Shown here: in pieces, positions 9,518 to 17,939 of the stretch
How the letters are laid out: each line of letters opens with the position of its first letter
Position numbering within the stretch: position 1 is the first letter of the stretch
From: Candidatus Latescibacterota bacterium
GTDB taxonomy: Bacteria > Latescibacterota > UBA2968
Assembly (NCBI GenBank): GCA_965204375.1
Contig: OZ241986.1
Coordinates: 1,024,001 to 1,088,000, forward strand
Direction of reading: 5' to 3'
Length of the DNA stretch: 64,000 nt
Made by a program: the position numbers and the translations under genes
Notes under the pieces: generated by a model
What the model was told of the DNA's origin: nothing
The model's input: only the letters and a program-made list of their open reading frames with translations
Databases searched by the model: none

Positions 9518-10097
9518 TCTTTCTCCATTCTGCCGCCTATGTCTTGATACAGACATTGGCGCAAATAGGATTCAATGGCACAAGGTGGATAAACGCGCAG
9601 GTCAATACCATTCAAAATCGCTTCCTCAAAGTCGCAGGACGCGTCTGTGAGTTGAATACGAGGATCACCTTCCATCTGCCTGTGTCCTTTCCTTTGCAAC
9701 ACGTCTATGATAAAATCCTGCACAATCTGGCAAAGGCGTTTCCCTAACCCAAAACGCAGGAGGGCAGAGATGGCAAGCAGAAGGCAGACAACATCACTGG
9801 CGCAACAGACACAGACACCGCCTTGTGCTGGGCAAAGACTCGGCAGGCAAGGGCAAGGGGGAACCTGTGGCCTTTTTGACTACCACAGGCACGCACAACC
9901 AATGACATTGACCTGTCAGACCCGGTAAAAATACAATCGGGAGCGACAAAAACAGAAAATCACGGACAGAGGGCTTACAACATCGAAATGATGACATAAA
10001 TAGCCTATTCATAAACTTTCATGAATTAGTCGGGCTAGATGAAGAGCCGAATAGTTCAAAGCCGTGCACAGTCGTGTGATGCAGCGTGCTCACTTCG

Positions 10098-11483
10098 TTA
10101 CGGCGGGAGAAGTTCTGTGGAGAGGTCCCCCGAGAAACCTCTCTCTTTGATTTGCGCCACGAAGCCATCGATCTCCACTTGGCTCAAGTTATCATTTCCG
10201 CCTATAATAAGCCGGCCACCCAAGTGAGTCAGGTTCTTCAGCCCTCTCAGGCTTCTTAGTCGTGGATTGTTGCTGATTTCCAAATGGCCGCCGATGGACG
10301 CAAGATGCTCCAGGCCTTCCAGACTCTCCAACTGTTCGTTCTGGCGTATATAGAGGAAGCCTCCGATTTCCTTTAGTGCTTGCAGTCCATTGAGGACGGC
10401 AAGGTTGTTGTTGGCTGTAACATGTATGCCGTGGGAGACGTACCGTAAACTTCGCAGCCCCTGCAAGTCTCGCAGGGAGTGGTTAGATACGATCAGCAAG
10501 CGACCATCAATAGACTCGATCCTGTGAAGCCCCTCCAGCGACGCCAGCTTTGGATGGCCGTCCACGCGGAGATCCCTTGGTACAGTTTTGATTCTGTTTA
10601 GGGATGCGATGCTCTGTAGTGATTCGTTGCAGAGCATGTAAATGTCTTTGCCTACTCTCTCTACATTGAGCCCATCCAGGTTGAGCAAGTCGGGATTCCG
10701 AATAAGCTTCAGGTCCTGCGCTACATTGGTGATTGTCTCACATTGGGTAATGGTATGAAGACCATCGCATCGGAAGATGCATAGATCACCGTACGTGGCA
10801 GCCAGACGATTGTGCGATATGTCCTTCTCCTGAAGGCTTGGCGATAGGTAGGAAAGGATTGTCGTCAGGTATTCAGGCCATTGATGGTCGGTCATATCGA
10901 TTCTGCATACTCGGACGTCCAGCTTGTCAATCAGATCATCCGTCATTTCTCGAAATGCGGTATAGAGTTGGGTGTAGCCAACGAATCCTCGCCACCCGTT
11001 ACTCTTAGCCCGAGCCCGTGTGGTGACCTTCAGGTTGATCTGGGTGTCCTCCCAGCGATTTCCTCGGTCATCACAGGTACGTCGCATGAAACTCGGCACA
11101 TCAGACTGAGTCAGATAAACCACAGTCGGGTTGAGCTGCGAAACTGCATCAATGACTCCTCGAACGTAGTTCGCGATTGTGACCCGTTCAACGTCGTTGA
11201 AGAATAGCTCTGCCGTATTGCGATGAAATAGCTGGCCATCAAGGACGGTGACCGAATCGCTCTGCGCTCTTGAGGCGGCGAAGTCTCGCCATCTTTTCAG
11301 GCTTTCTTCTATCCGGCAGGCCTCACCTTGCCACTCCATCCGAGTTGGATGATTTGGATCCTTCTCGTGAATGTGTGCGGTTGGTATCCCGTTCCGTTCA
11401 AGCTGCGAGCAAAGGAACTCGGCAGTATTGGTTTTCCCGGATCCCGGGATTCCTTCCACAAAGATCAGCTTGGTGTCCAGCAA
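10098..11483 (-). CDS. P-loop kinase-like domain fused to receptor-L/LRR-like repeats
   Basis: TTG start 5 nt after GGAGG; LIFVEGIPGSGKT Walker A; C-terminal repeats such as LEGLEHLASIGGHLEISNNPRLRSLRGL. Confidence 0.8.
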   Translation of the reverse strand: MLDTKLIFVEGIPGSGKTNTAEFLCSQLERNGIPTAHIHEKDPNHPTRMEWQGEACRIEESLKRWRDFAASRAQSDSVTVLDGQLFHRNTAELFFNDVERVTIANYVRGVIDAVSQLNPTVVYLTQSDVPSFMRRTCDDRGNRWEDTQINLKVTTRARAKSNGWRGFVGYTQLYTAFREMTDDLIDKLDVRVCRIDMTDHQWPEYLTTILSYLSPSLQEKDISHNRLAATYGDLCIFRCDGLHTITQCETITNVAQDLKLIRNPDLLNLDGLNVERVGKDIYMLCNESLQSIASLNRIKTVPRDLRVDGHPKLASLEGLHRIESIDGRLLIVSNHSLRDLQGLRSLRYVSHGIHVTANNNLAVLNGLQALKEIGGFLYIRQNEQLESLEGLEHLASIGGHLEISNNPRLRSLRGLKNLTHLGGRLIIGGNDNLSQVEIDGFVAQIKERGFSGDLSTELLPP

Positions 11484-11512
11484 GGCAGCCTCCAGGATGG
11501 CTGTAGTACTCT

Positions 11513-11544
11513 GCCTAAAATGGCATCTCATGAGCTTGTTAGTT
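11513..11544 (-). other. Collapsed attC-like remnant
   Basis: Minus strand AACTAAC AAGCT CATGA GATG CCAT TTTAGGC; R' has T in place of G; lies just upstream of the next gene's RBS. Confidence 0.4.
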
Positions 11545-11608
11545 CGATTACATAAACACCAGAACGGATGCAGTTCTATGAGGCGTACATTGCCTTGTTT
11601 GCAATAAA

Positions 11609-12276
11609 TCGAATCCTGCTCAAAGTTAATGCTCAAATAAGATGGCCCCAACAGCGTCGAGTCGATATTGGTCGCCATCGTATGCAATGGTCGTAACGGA
11701 GCATTCACGCACTACTTCACCACTGTATGGGTCATTGCAAAATTTCGGACTAATGCGACTCAGTTCTTCAGGCGAAAAAATGTTGAGAAGGAAGTCCGCT
11801 AAGACACCGCCATGGGTCACCCCAATCACAGTACCTTTGGATGACTGAAGATAGCAATCGGAAACAAATGCCTCAATGCGTCTGCCAGCCTCAATGCTTG
11901 AATCGCCAACACTGGGTCGGTAATCTCGTTCTCTGTTACAACATTCCCACTGAGCTATGAATGCATCGAAAGATTGGCCTTCGATGTCACCCCAATTCAT
12001 TCGTTCACGTAGTCGTGAATCTTCAGTAACTTCAAGATTCAAAATGGTGGCGATGATCTCTGCTGTTTCTCTTGTTCGCGCCAGTGGACTGCTGAAGATT
12101 CGCGTGATGCTGTTTGATGCTAACTTCCTTGCGAGTAGTTCTGCTTCTTCTCGCCCCCCTAAGGTCAATGAAGGATCGCCGATCTTGCGGTCTCTCTTAC
12201 CGTGGCGAATAAAGTGAAAACGCATTAAGCCTACCTGTCCTCCTATTTTTCTTGTACACAATTTGTCAGAGTGGGG
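11609..12276. repeat. Direct repeat copy B2
   Basis: Matches 4520..5187. Confidence 0.95.
11626..12225 (-). CDS. Histidine phosphatase family protein (intact copy)
   Basis: MRFHFIRHG; SSPLARTRET; VTHGG; start inferred from copy B1. Confidence 0.9.
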   Translation of the reverse strand: MRFHFIRHGKRDRKIGDPSLTLGGREEAELLARKLASNSITRIFSSPLARTRETAEIIATILNLEVTEDSRLRERMNWGDIEGQSFDAFIAQWECCNRERDYRPSVGDSSIEAGRRIEAFVSDCYLQSSKGTVIGVTHGGVLADFLLNIFSPEELSRISPKFCNDPYSGEVVRECSVTTIAYDGDQYRLDAVGAILFEH

Positions 12277-12309
12277 TTGAGGTAGAAAAGAGGACTCACA
12301 GCTTATCGT

Positions 12310-12380
12310 GTTAGCCATCCGGCGTGCCCGATGCGTGCTTGCTAGGACGGTACGCGTGCGCTCACTGCACAAGGTTACGA
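12310..12380 (-). other. attC half-site remnants (two R''-like boxes)
   Basis: Minus strand TCGTAAC at 12380-12374 just after the gene stop, and GGCTAACACG at 12316-12307, the same motif as at 5232 and 14912; no R' found. Confidence 0.4.
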
Positions 12381-12876
12381 GTCAACAACATTCAATCCTT
12401 TATCAATCGGATATATTTCTTGAGTATTCCCCGATTTGTGCTTCATTCAAGCCCACCAAAAGCACGATTTTTAAACAACTCCAAGGTGATCCAGGAATCC
12501 AACGCCCATAGGTTATTTCATAGTTGCATCGACGCGGATCATCTATATTCAAACGGGAAAGCCAGATCATTTTTCCATCCGTAGACTTTTCTTCAACTGG
12601 GTACGCAATCTTCAGTGCTTCTAATTCGCTTTGGTCAATATCAGAGGGCACTTCTCTAAACGTCTTGTCCATTTTTTTGTCGTCGAAACCCATTACAACC
12701 TTGGGCCATCTGCCGTATTCCATTGCTTTTTCCAAATTACTGCAAAAGATCGGAGCACTTGTTGGATTAACATCTACTCCATTGTTTAATATATACTCGA
12801 ATCTGTCGATAGATACTGCTCTGTATTCTAGGGAAACCATTTCTTTCAAAGAAAAGAAGCCAGGAAATGTATCTAC

Positions 12877-14597
12877 CCCGACTAATTCATGAAAGTTTTT
12901 GAATAGTCTATTTATGTCATCATTTCGATGTTGTAAGCCCTCTGTCCGTGTTTTTCTGTTTTTGTTGCTCCCGATTGTGTTTTTACCGGGTTCTGACAGG
13001 TCAATGTCATTGGTAGAGCGTGCCTGTGGTAGTCAAAAAGGGCAGAGGTTCCCCCTTGCCCTTGCCTGCCGAGTCTTTGCCCAGCACAAGGCGGTGTGCG
13101 CCAGTGATGTTGTCTGCCTTCTGCTTGCCATCTCTGCCCTCCTGCGTTTTGGGTTAAGGTCCTGCCCTTTTCAGATTGTGTAGGATTTTATGATACAGAT
13201 GTTGCAAAGGATAGGACACAGGCAGATGGAAGGTGATCCTTGTTTTCAACTCACAGACGCGTCCTGCGACTTTGAGGAAGCGATTTTGAATGGTATTGAC
13301 CTGCGCGTTTATCCACCTTGTGCCATTGAATCCTATTTGCGCCAATGTCTGTATCAAGACATAGGCGGCAGAATGGAGAAAGAGGCGGAACTGATTGGCA
13401 GTAAAGCTGTGACAGGATGTGCGGTCAGAGTGGAGAAAGGTTTTGTGATTTTTAATGAAGTTTTCCATCTGTCCGCGCGCACAATAGACGCTTTGATAGA
13501 TAAAGGACGCCATTGAACTTTTCAGGTTGGTCACGACAAAGCGTGTGTTTTGGCCTCGGTCACTGATTTCGACCTTGCATACGATGCGTTGTGCCTTGTT
13601 CCAACTCTTTGCCTGATAGGAAAACGAGGTAAAAAGACGCACGGCCTCCTTTGTATGTGCATAAAGCCTTTTGGCCTGCGCGATAAGGGGTTGTGCCGCC
13701 TCACAAAGCTTGGCATTGCTGGTCTGTCCTAAGATAAAATACAGGTCATCAGTCTCACAAAGGTGATGGACTTGCGGACAAGAAAAGTGGGCATCACCCC
13801 GCAAGATGATCGCCACATCAGGCCAAGCCTGACGCAGATAGGCCACCAAACGCTTGATAATGGCGACTATCTGTTGGCCGGTCGGACGGATACCGGGACG
13901 CAATATCGTAGTGATCAACTTACCGGTTTGTCCCTCATAAATATGCAAGGGCTGATAGGTGTAGGCATTGTAATAGCCATTGAATAGGGACAACTGCTGG
14001 GTCCCATAAACCGTATCCTGTGTATCATCAATATCTAAGATGATCGCCTCGGGCGGCTTTTTATACGAAGCGATAAAACAATCGAGGAAGGCACGGGCAA
14101 TCCGATACAAGTCGCTTCGCCTGATCTGGTTCTCAAACCGGCTCATCGTGGGTTGACTGCCCAAGTCTTTACCTGAAAGCGGCAAGACACCACAGGCGGC
14201 CTTGATACCCGGATCGCTGCGTAAGGCATCACAATCATTGCCATCTTCATACCCACAGGCTATCTGGAACACCCGTTGCTTGACCAACTCTGCGACGGAG
14301 TGCCTCACATAACTCTTATGCCGACGATCCGTGATCGCAGCACTCATGCGTGTTAAAATGCCAGATTTTGCCTCTACTTCTCGAAGCAATAACGCGCCGC
14401 TATCGCTGGTGAGAATGCCCCCATCAAAGGCGAGGTCAAGCCGTTTGCCGAAAATGCTTGCCAAAGGAACCTTGCGATGTTTATCTTGTGACCCCATGGT
14501 AGTTTCCTCCAAGTCTATTGTTTAATGGTTATGGTGATAACCTATAATAATACAATGACTTGAATAAGGAAACTACCTTTTTTATGAATTTTTCAGG
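12877..14597 (-). mobile_element. IS1380-family element copy 2 (intact)
   Basis: Same IRs as copy 1; 4-bp target duplication CTAC at 12873-12876 and 14598-14601. Confidence 0.95.
13154..14512 (-). CDS. IS1380 transposase
   Basis: TSDSGALLL, GYEDGND, LDIDDT, LRGDAHF and Y..RGQMENFIK motifs. Confidence 0.95.
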   Translation of the reverse strand: MEETTMGSQDKHRKVPLASIFGKRLDLAFDGGILTSDSGALLLREVEAKSGILTRMSAAITDRRHKSYVRHSVAELVKQRVFQIACGYEDGNDCDALRSDPGIKAACGVLPLSGKDLGSQPTMSRFENQIRRSDLYRIARAFLDCFIASYKKPPEAIILDIDDTQDTVYGTQQLSLFNGYYNAYTYQPLHIYEGQTGKLITTILRPGIRPTGQQIVAIIKRLVAYLRQAWPDVAIILRGDAHFSCPQVHHLCETDDLYFILGQTSNAKLCEAAQPLIAQAKRLYAHTKEAVRLFTSFSYQAKSWNKAQRIVCKVEISDRGQNTRFVVTNLKSSMASFIYQSVYCARGQMENFIKNHKTFLHSDRTSCHSFTANQFRLFLHSAAYVLIQTLAQIGFNGTRWINAQVNTIQNRFLKVAGRVCELKTRITFHLPVSYPLQHLYHKILHNLKRAGP

Positions 14598-14807
14598 CTA
14601 CCAAGTCAAATTCACTGATTGTGACAAATTGGTGTTCCTCTCCATCTTTTTCAAGGTTCAGCACGTAAAAAGGTACACCTTGAACTTCTTTTATTTTATG
14701 ACATTTCATAGAAGGTCTGTTCCTATAAATGAGATGATCTTCGTTTTTCGTGCGCGGTTTTGATTTTTTGGATGAAGCGGTTGGACACTTGCATGTGCGC
14801 CAATTTC

Positions 14808-14912
14808 AGGTAACGTTCTGGCCACTTGCAAACCCGCCGAAGCACAGCGTAGGCGGGTTGCCGTCAGACCAAGGAGTGCAAGCGACGTAGTGAAAAAGTG
14901 GGCGTGTTAGCT
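14808..14912 (-). other. attC-like recombination site (full length, 105 bp)
   Basis: Minus strand AGCTAAC ACGC CCACTT ... AAGTGG CCAGAAC GTTACCT with internal AACCCGCC/GGCGGGTT hairpin; 22 bp downstream of the GNAT stop. Confidence 0.75.
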
Positions 14913-14934
14913 GGTCGTGCTCTTCCCCGCCTTC

Positions 14935-15420
14935 CTAGGATTCTTGCGTTTTGGACCTCAAGTCGATGATGAAGACTGGCAGCATCCTTCCTCGGATGCT
15001 GGTAGAGGGAGTTGCGCCCACACGTCTTGCCCCGACCGCAAGGTAGAAGGCCTCCGCATTTGGGTCTCCGACTATCTTTATGGTCTTGATTCCTTGGGTT
15101 CGTGCTGTTTGGAGAACATGCTCCACCATCATTCTTCCGTAACCCTTCCGAATCGTCGCAGGATCTACGAATAGGTAGTCTATCTCCGCCTCTCTTGGCC
15201 CGATCGGTACCATTCTGGCAAAGCCAACGACATTCCCGTCACAATCTTCAACAACATATGCAGCATGGTCAGAAATGTCCTCCGCGGAGACCGTTAGTTC
15301 ATTTTTGAAGCGTTTCATGGAGTCAGCGTCATATCCCCAATAGGCTTTGGACCGGAAAATCAGCCGACTGACCGCACCAGCTTCGTTTGGTTTTGCTCTT
15401 CGAATCACTAAATACTCCAA
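14935..15420 (-). CDS. GNAT acetyltransferase
   Basis: IRRAKPNE, RSKAYWGY, LFVDP..IRKGYGR, DPNAEAFYLAVGAR motifs. Confidence 0.9.
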   Translation of the reverse strand: MEYLVIRRAKPNEAGAVSRLIFRSKAYWGYDADSMKRFKNELTVSAEDISDHAAYVVEDCDGNVVGFARMVPIGPREAEIDYLFVDPATIRKGYGRMMVEHVLQTARTQGIKTIKIVGDPNAEAFYLAVGARRVGATPSTSIRGRMLPVFIIDLRSKTQES

Positions 15421-15487
15421 GAATTAAAGAGATTCTATCGCCCCATGAAGACCAATTGCAGGAGATCCGCATGCTGGCTAATTACGG

Positions 15488-15555
15488 GATTAACGAACAG
15501 TTACAGTAATACATACCAAATCTATGTATCTCCGAGTAGGAAAGTGTTGTTAGGG
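15488..15555 (-). other. attC-like site (68 bp)
   Basis: Minus strand CCCTAAC AACAC ... ATACATA/TATGTAT hairpin ... TGTTC GTTAATC; 28 bp after the DUF2442 stop. Confidence 0.5.
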
Positions 15556-15583
15556 ATAGTGAAGATTCCTGATGATAGCAGTA

Positions 15584-15880
15584 CTACATTTTATTGCGTG
15601 CTTCTAACCATCGCTTTAGCGAACTTTGGCTCTCTCCTGAAGGCCGGCCAGCCCATACATTTTCGACGCTAATATCCTCATCCAGATCAGGCCAATGGAT
15701 GCCTTCACCTCGACCGATGAGTCGCCAATTCTTGCGCTCTTGAGGAGTGCCATGCAGTAGGCGAGGATACCATTCTAAAGGGACGCTTATGCTTCGTCCA
15801 TCGACTAAGTCGATCACGAGTGACTCTTCGTCGATAGAGATACGCTCCACAAGCATAGGTTTGCATGTCATATATATCAT
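15584..15880 (-). CDS. DUF2442-domain protein (orphan antitoxin-like)
   Basis: DGRSISVPLEWYPRL...GIHWPDLDEDISV signature. Confidence 0.85.
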   Translation of the reverse strand: MIYMTCKPMLVERISIDEESLVIDLVDGRSISVPLEWYPRLLHGTPQERKNWRLIGRGEGIHWPDLDEDISVENVWAGRPSGESQSSLKRWLEARNKM

Positions 15881-15900
15881 TGTTTTTCAATGATGTAAAG

Positions 15901-15937
15901 ACTAAAAGCCCACATCCAGAGGACATAGGCTTTTAGT
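15901..15937. terminator. Hairpin/terminator at the island boundary
   Basis: ACTAAAAGCC ... GGCTTTTAGT inverted repeat downstream of the 15971 gene. Confidence 0.5.
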
Positions 15938-15970
15938 GTTAATCCTACCTTTCTCAACTGGTTTTATAGA

Positions 15971-16720
15971 TCAAATTTCGGTCTTTTCTTTTAGAGATAG
16001 AAGTTGATCGCGCAGTTCTGCGGCGCGTTCGAAGTCTTCGAGGCCCACGGCTTCGCGGATCTGGTCGCGCAGGTCTTGAGATAGGGATTTGGGGCGGTCG
16101 CGGCGAATCTCGTCTGCCCACTCCTGGAGGAAGGCGATCTCTTCGCTTTCTTCAATGAGGTCGTGCCGATCAAATTCCCTGAAGAAGGCTCGGAGTTCGT
16201 CAATGCCTTCGTCTATTTTTGACAGTGCCATATCGTAGGCTTCGCGTTCGAGGTACATCAGGACTTCAGCCCTTACGCGGTGTCCAATGACAAAGGGACG
16301 ATAGTGCTCAAACGCCATACGATCTTCCTCATCTTCTGCGTATTCTTTGACAAAGTCGAAAAGTTCGAGGTTGCGTTCGGCGTCTTTTTTGGCGTTGAGA
16401 TATTCGCCTATTTCGAGAAAGCTAATGCGGCGATGATAATATTGGAGGGCTTCCATCTGGAGTTCCATACAGTTTTCAGAATTGAGCGCAAAGTTTTCTG
16501 GACCGCGTTTTTGCGCCAGCGCTTTGTAATAGTGCAAGAGCGATTCATACCCTTCGGGCTGTTGACCGTCGGGGCGGCCGGTGACATCCATTTGTAAGAT
16601 GCCCATTTCGATGCGGAGTTGAACTTTGGCGCGACCATCATTTCCTCTGATTTTGCGAACACACAATTGCCCGGGTTCACAGGGCCAGTCATCCAGAAGT
16701 GGCTGAATATCTTTACTCAT
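15971..16720 (-). CDS. UvrB/UvrC-motif-containing protein
   Basis: C-terminal EAVGLEDFERAAELRDQL UVR motif; N-terminal GILQMDVTGRPDG. Confidence 0.8.
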   Translation of the reverse strand: MSKDIQPLLDDWPCEPGQLCVRKIRGNDGRAKVQLRIEMGILQMDVTGRPDGQQPEGYESLLHYYKALAQKRGPENFALNSENCMELQMEALQYYHRRISFLEIGEYLNAKKDAERNLELFDFVKEYAEDEEDRMAFEHYRPFVIGHRVRAEVLMYLEREAYDMALSKIDEGIDELRAFFREFDRHDLIEESEEIAFLQEWADEIRRDRPKSLSQDLRDQIREAVGLEDFERAAELRDQLLSLKEKTEI

Positions 16721-16839
16721 CGGTGCGTATCCTCCATTGATAGATTGGCTTAGGAAAATAAGCTCGCAAGCAGTTTACGATAATCACTATATGTTGTCAA
16801 GAAATTAGCGGTGAAAGGTGGGGGTATGATTTTCACACC

Positions 16840-17892
16840 TCATCGCACTTCGGGTATTGACACACTCAGTTCATTTGCTGTTTCGACTGTGTTATCCCAG
16901 GTTTCGTCTTCGATAAAGACACCTTCTGCTTCGCGTTTGGTGCGCGTATCGTGTTCGATTTCCCCTGGGAGATAAATTTTATCGACACCGGGCTGGGTGC
17001 GAGAGGACTTGATCCAGTCGCAGAGACGACCTATTTCGTTGAGATAGTCAGAGAGGTCGATAAAGCTGTCGATTTTAATGGCGATGGCGATATAGCCACT
17101 GCCGCCTCGCGTGGGTTGTTCTGAACTGCATCCCGCCCATGAGAGACCGCCCGCGATGGCGTCGATCATCATGCCCAGGCCATATCCTTTGTGGCCCTGA
17201 GGTCCGCCCAGAGGCAGCATTGCCACAGCGTCGCCATTACCTTTGAAGCGATTGGGGTCATTCACGGGATTGCCGTCTGAGTCTATGAGCCAGCCATCGG
17301 GTGTTTGTTGCCCGCGCGCGCGATATACGTCGACTTTGCCACCGGCAGACATGCTGGTGGTTATGTCGAGCATGAGGGGAGGTCCGTTGGGTGTGGGGGC
17401 ACTGAAGGCTATGGGGTTGGGAGGCAGACGTCGGCTCGTGCCACCAAAGGGAGCGGTGAAGCGTCCGCCGCCATTGAGCATGAGCAAGCCAATGCAGTTG
17501 CGTTCAGCCGCTTTGGGCGGATAATCGCCCAGGCGACCGATATGACTGGATCGGTGAACAGCTATGGCGCCGATGGTGTGTTCGAGGGCGCGGTCAGTAG
17601 CCATTTGCATGGCTTTGTGGGCGACGACAATGCCGATGGTGCGCTCGGCATCAATGACGGCTGAAACGGGGGTTTCTCGAATGATTTTGAGTTCGCGCAC
17701 GGGTTTGATGTTGCCACTTGTGATGGCGCGGATATAGCCCGGCGTGCGAATAACACCGTGCGAATCGTGTCCGTAGAGGTTGGCATCCACGAGGTGGTCG
17801 GCTACGATGTGCGCCTGATCTTCTGGAAATCCCGCAGCACTGTAGAGTTCGCGTTGCAGGGTTCGAAGATGGGTTGCGTCAATAATGGGCAT
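16840..17892 (-). CDS. Malate/L-lactate dehydrogenase (Ldh_2 family)
   Basis: GHDSHG, HIGRLG, HKGYGL and YLPGE motifs; AAGGA RBS before ATG 17892. Confidence 0.9.
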   Translation of the reverse strand: MPIIDATHLRTLQRELYSAAGFPEDQAHIVADHLVDANLYGHDSHGVIRTPGYIRAITSGNIKPVRELKIIRETPVSAVIDAERTIGIVVAHKAMQMATDRALEHTIGAIAVHRSSHIGRLGDYPPKAAERNCIGLLMLNGGGRFTAPFGGTSRRLPPNPIAFSAPTPNGPPLMLDITTSMSAGGKVDVYRARGQQTPDGWLIDSDGNPVNDPNRFKGNGDAVAMLPLGGPQGHKGYGLGMMIDAIAGGLSWAGCSSEQPTRGGSGYIAIAIKIDSFIDLSDYLNEIGRLCDWIKSSRTQPGVDKIYLPGEIEHDTRTKREAEGVFIEDETWDNTVETANELSVSIPEVR

Positions 17893-17939
17893 ATAGTTAT
17901 GTCCTTTCGAAAAGAATGCGCGTGTGTGCCGGAATCCGT

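Larger units (their letters stand above)
6994..9747 (+). pseudogene. IS1380 transposase split by IS256
   Basis: Identical to the copy-2 protein up to NQFRLFL; resumes HSAAYVL after 9526. Confidence 0.95.
6909..10034 (+). mobile_element. IS1380-family element copy 1 (interrupted by IS256)
   Basis: Terminal IRs CCTGAAAAATTCAT / CCCGACTAATTCAT (rc); DDE_Tnp_1_4-type transposase; flanks TTAG and CTAG. Confidence 0.9.
12403..14709 (-). pseudogene. Hypothetical gene interrupted by IS1380 copy 2
   Basis: Removing the IS and one CTAC restores one frame: MKCHKIKEVQ...SEFDLV-DTFPGFFSLKEMVSLEY. Confidence 0.85.

Noticed and set aside
6909-14597. Composite transposon formed by the two inverted IS1380 copies
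   Set aside because: Outer flanks differ (TTAG vs CTAC) and copy 2 has its own target duplication inside a reconstructable gene, so it inserted independently.
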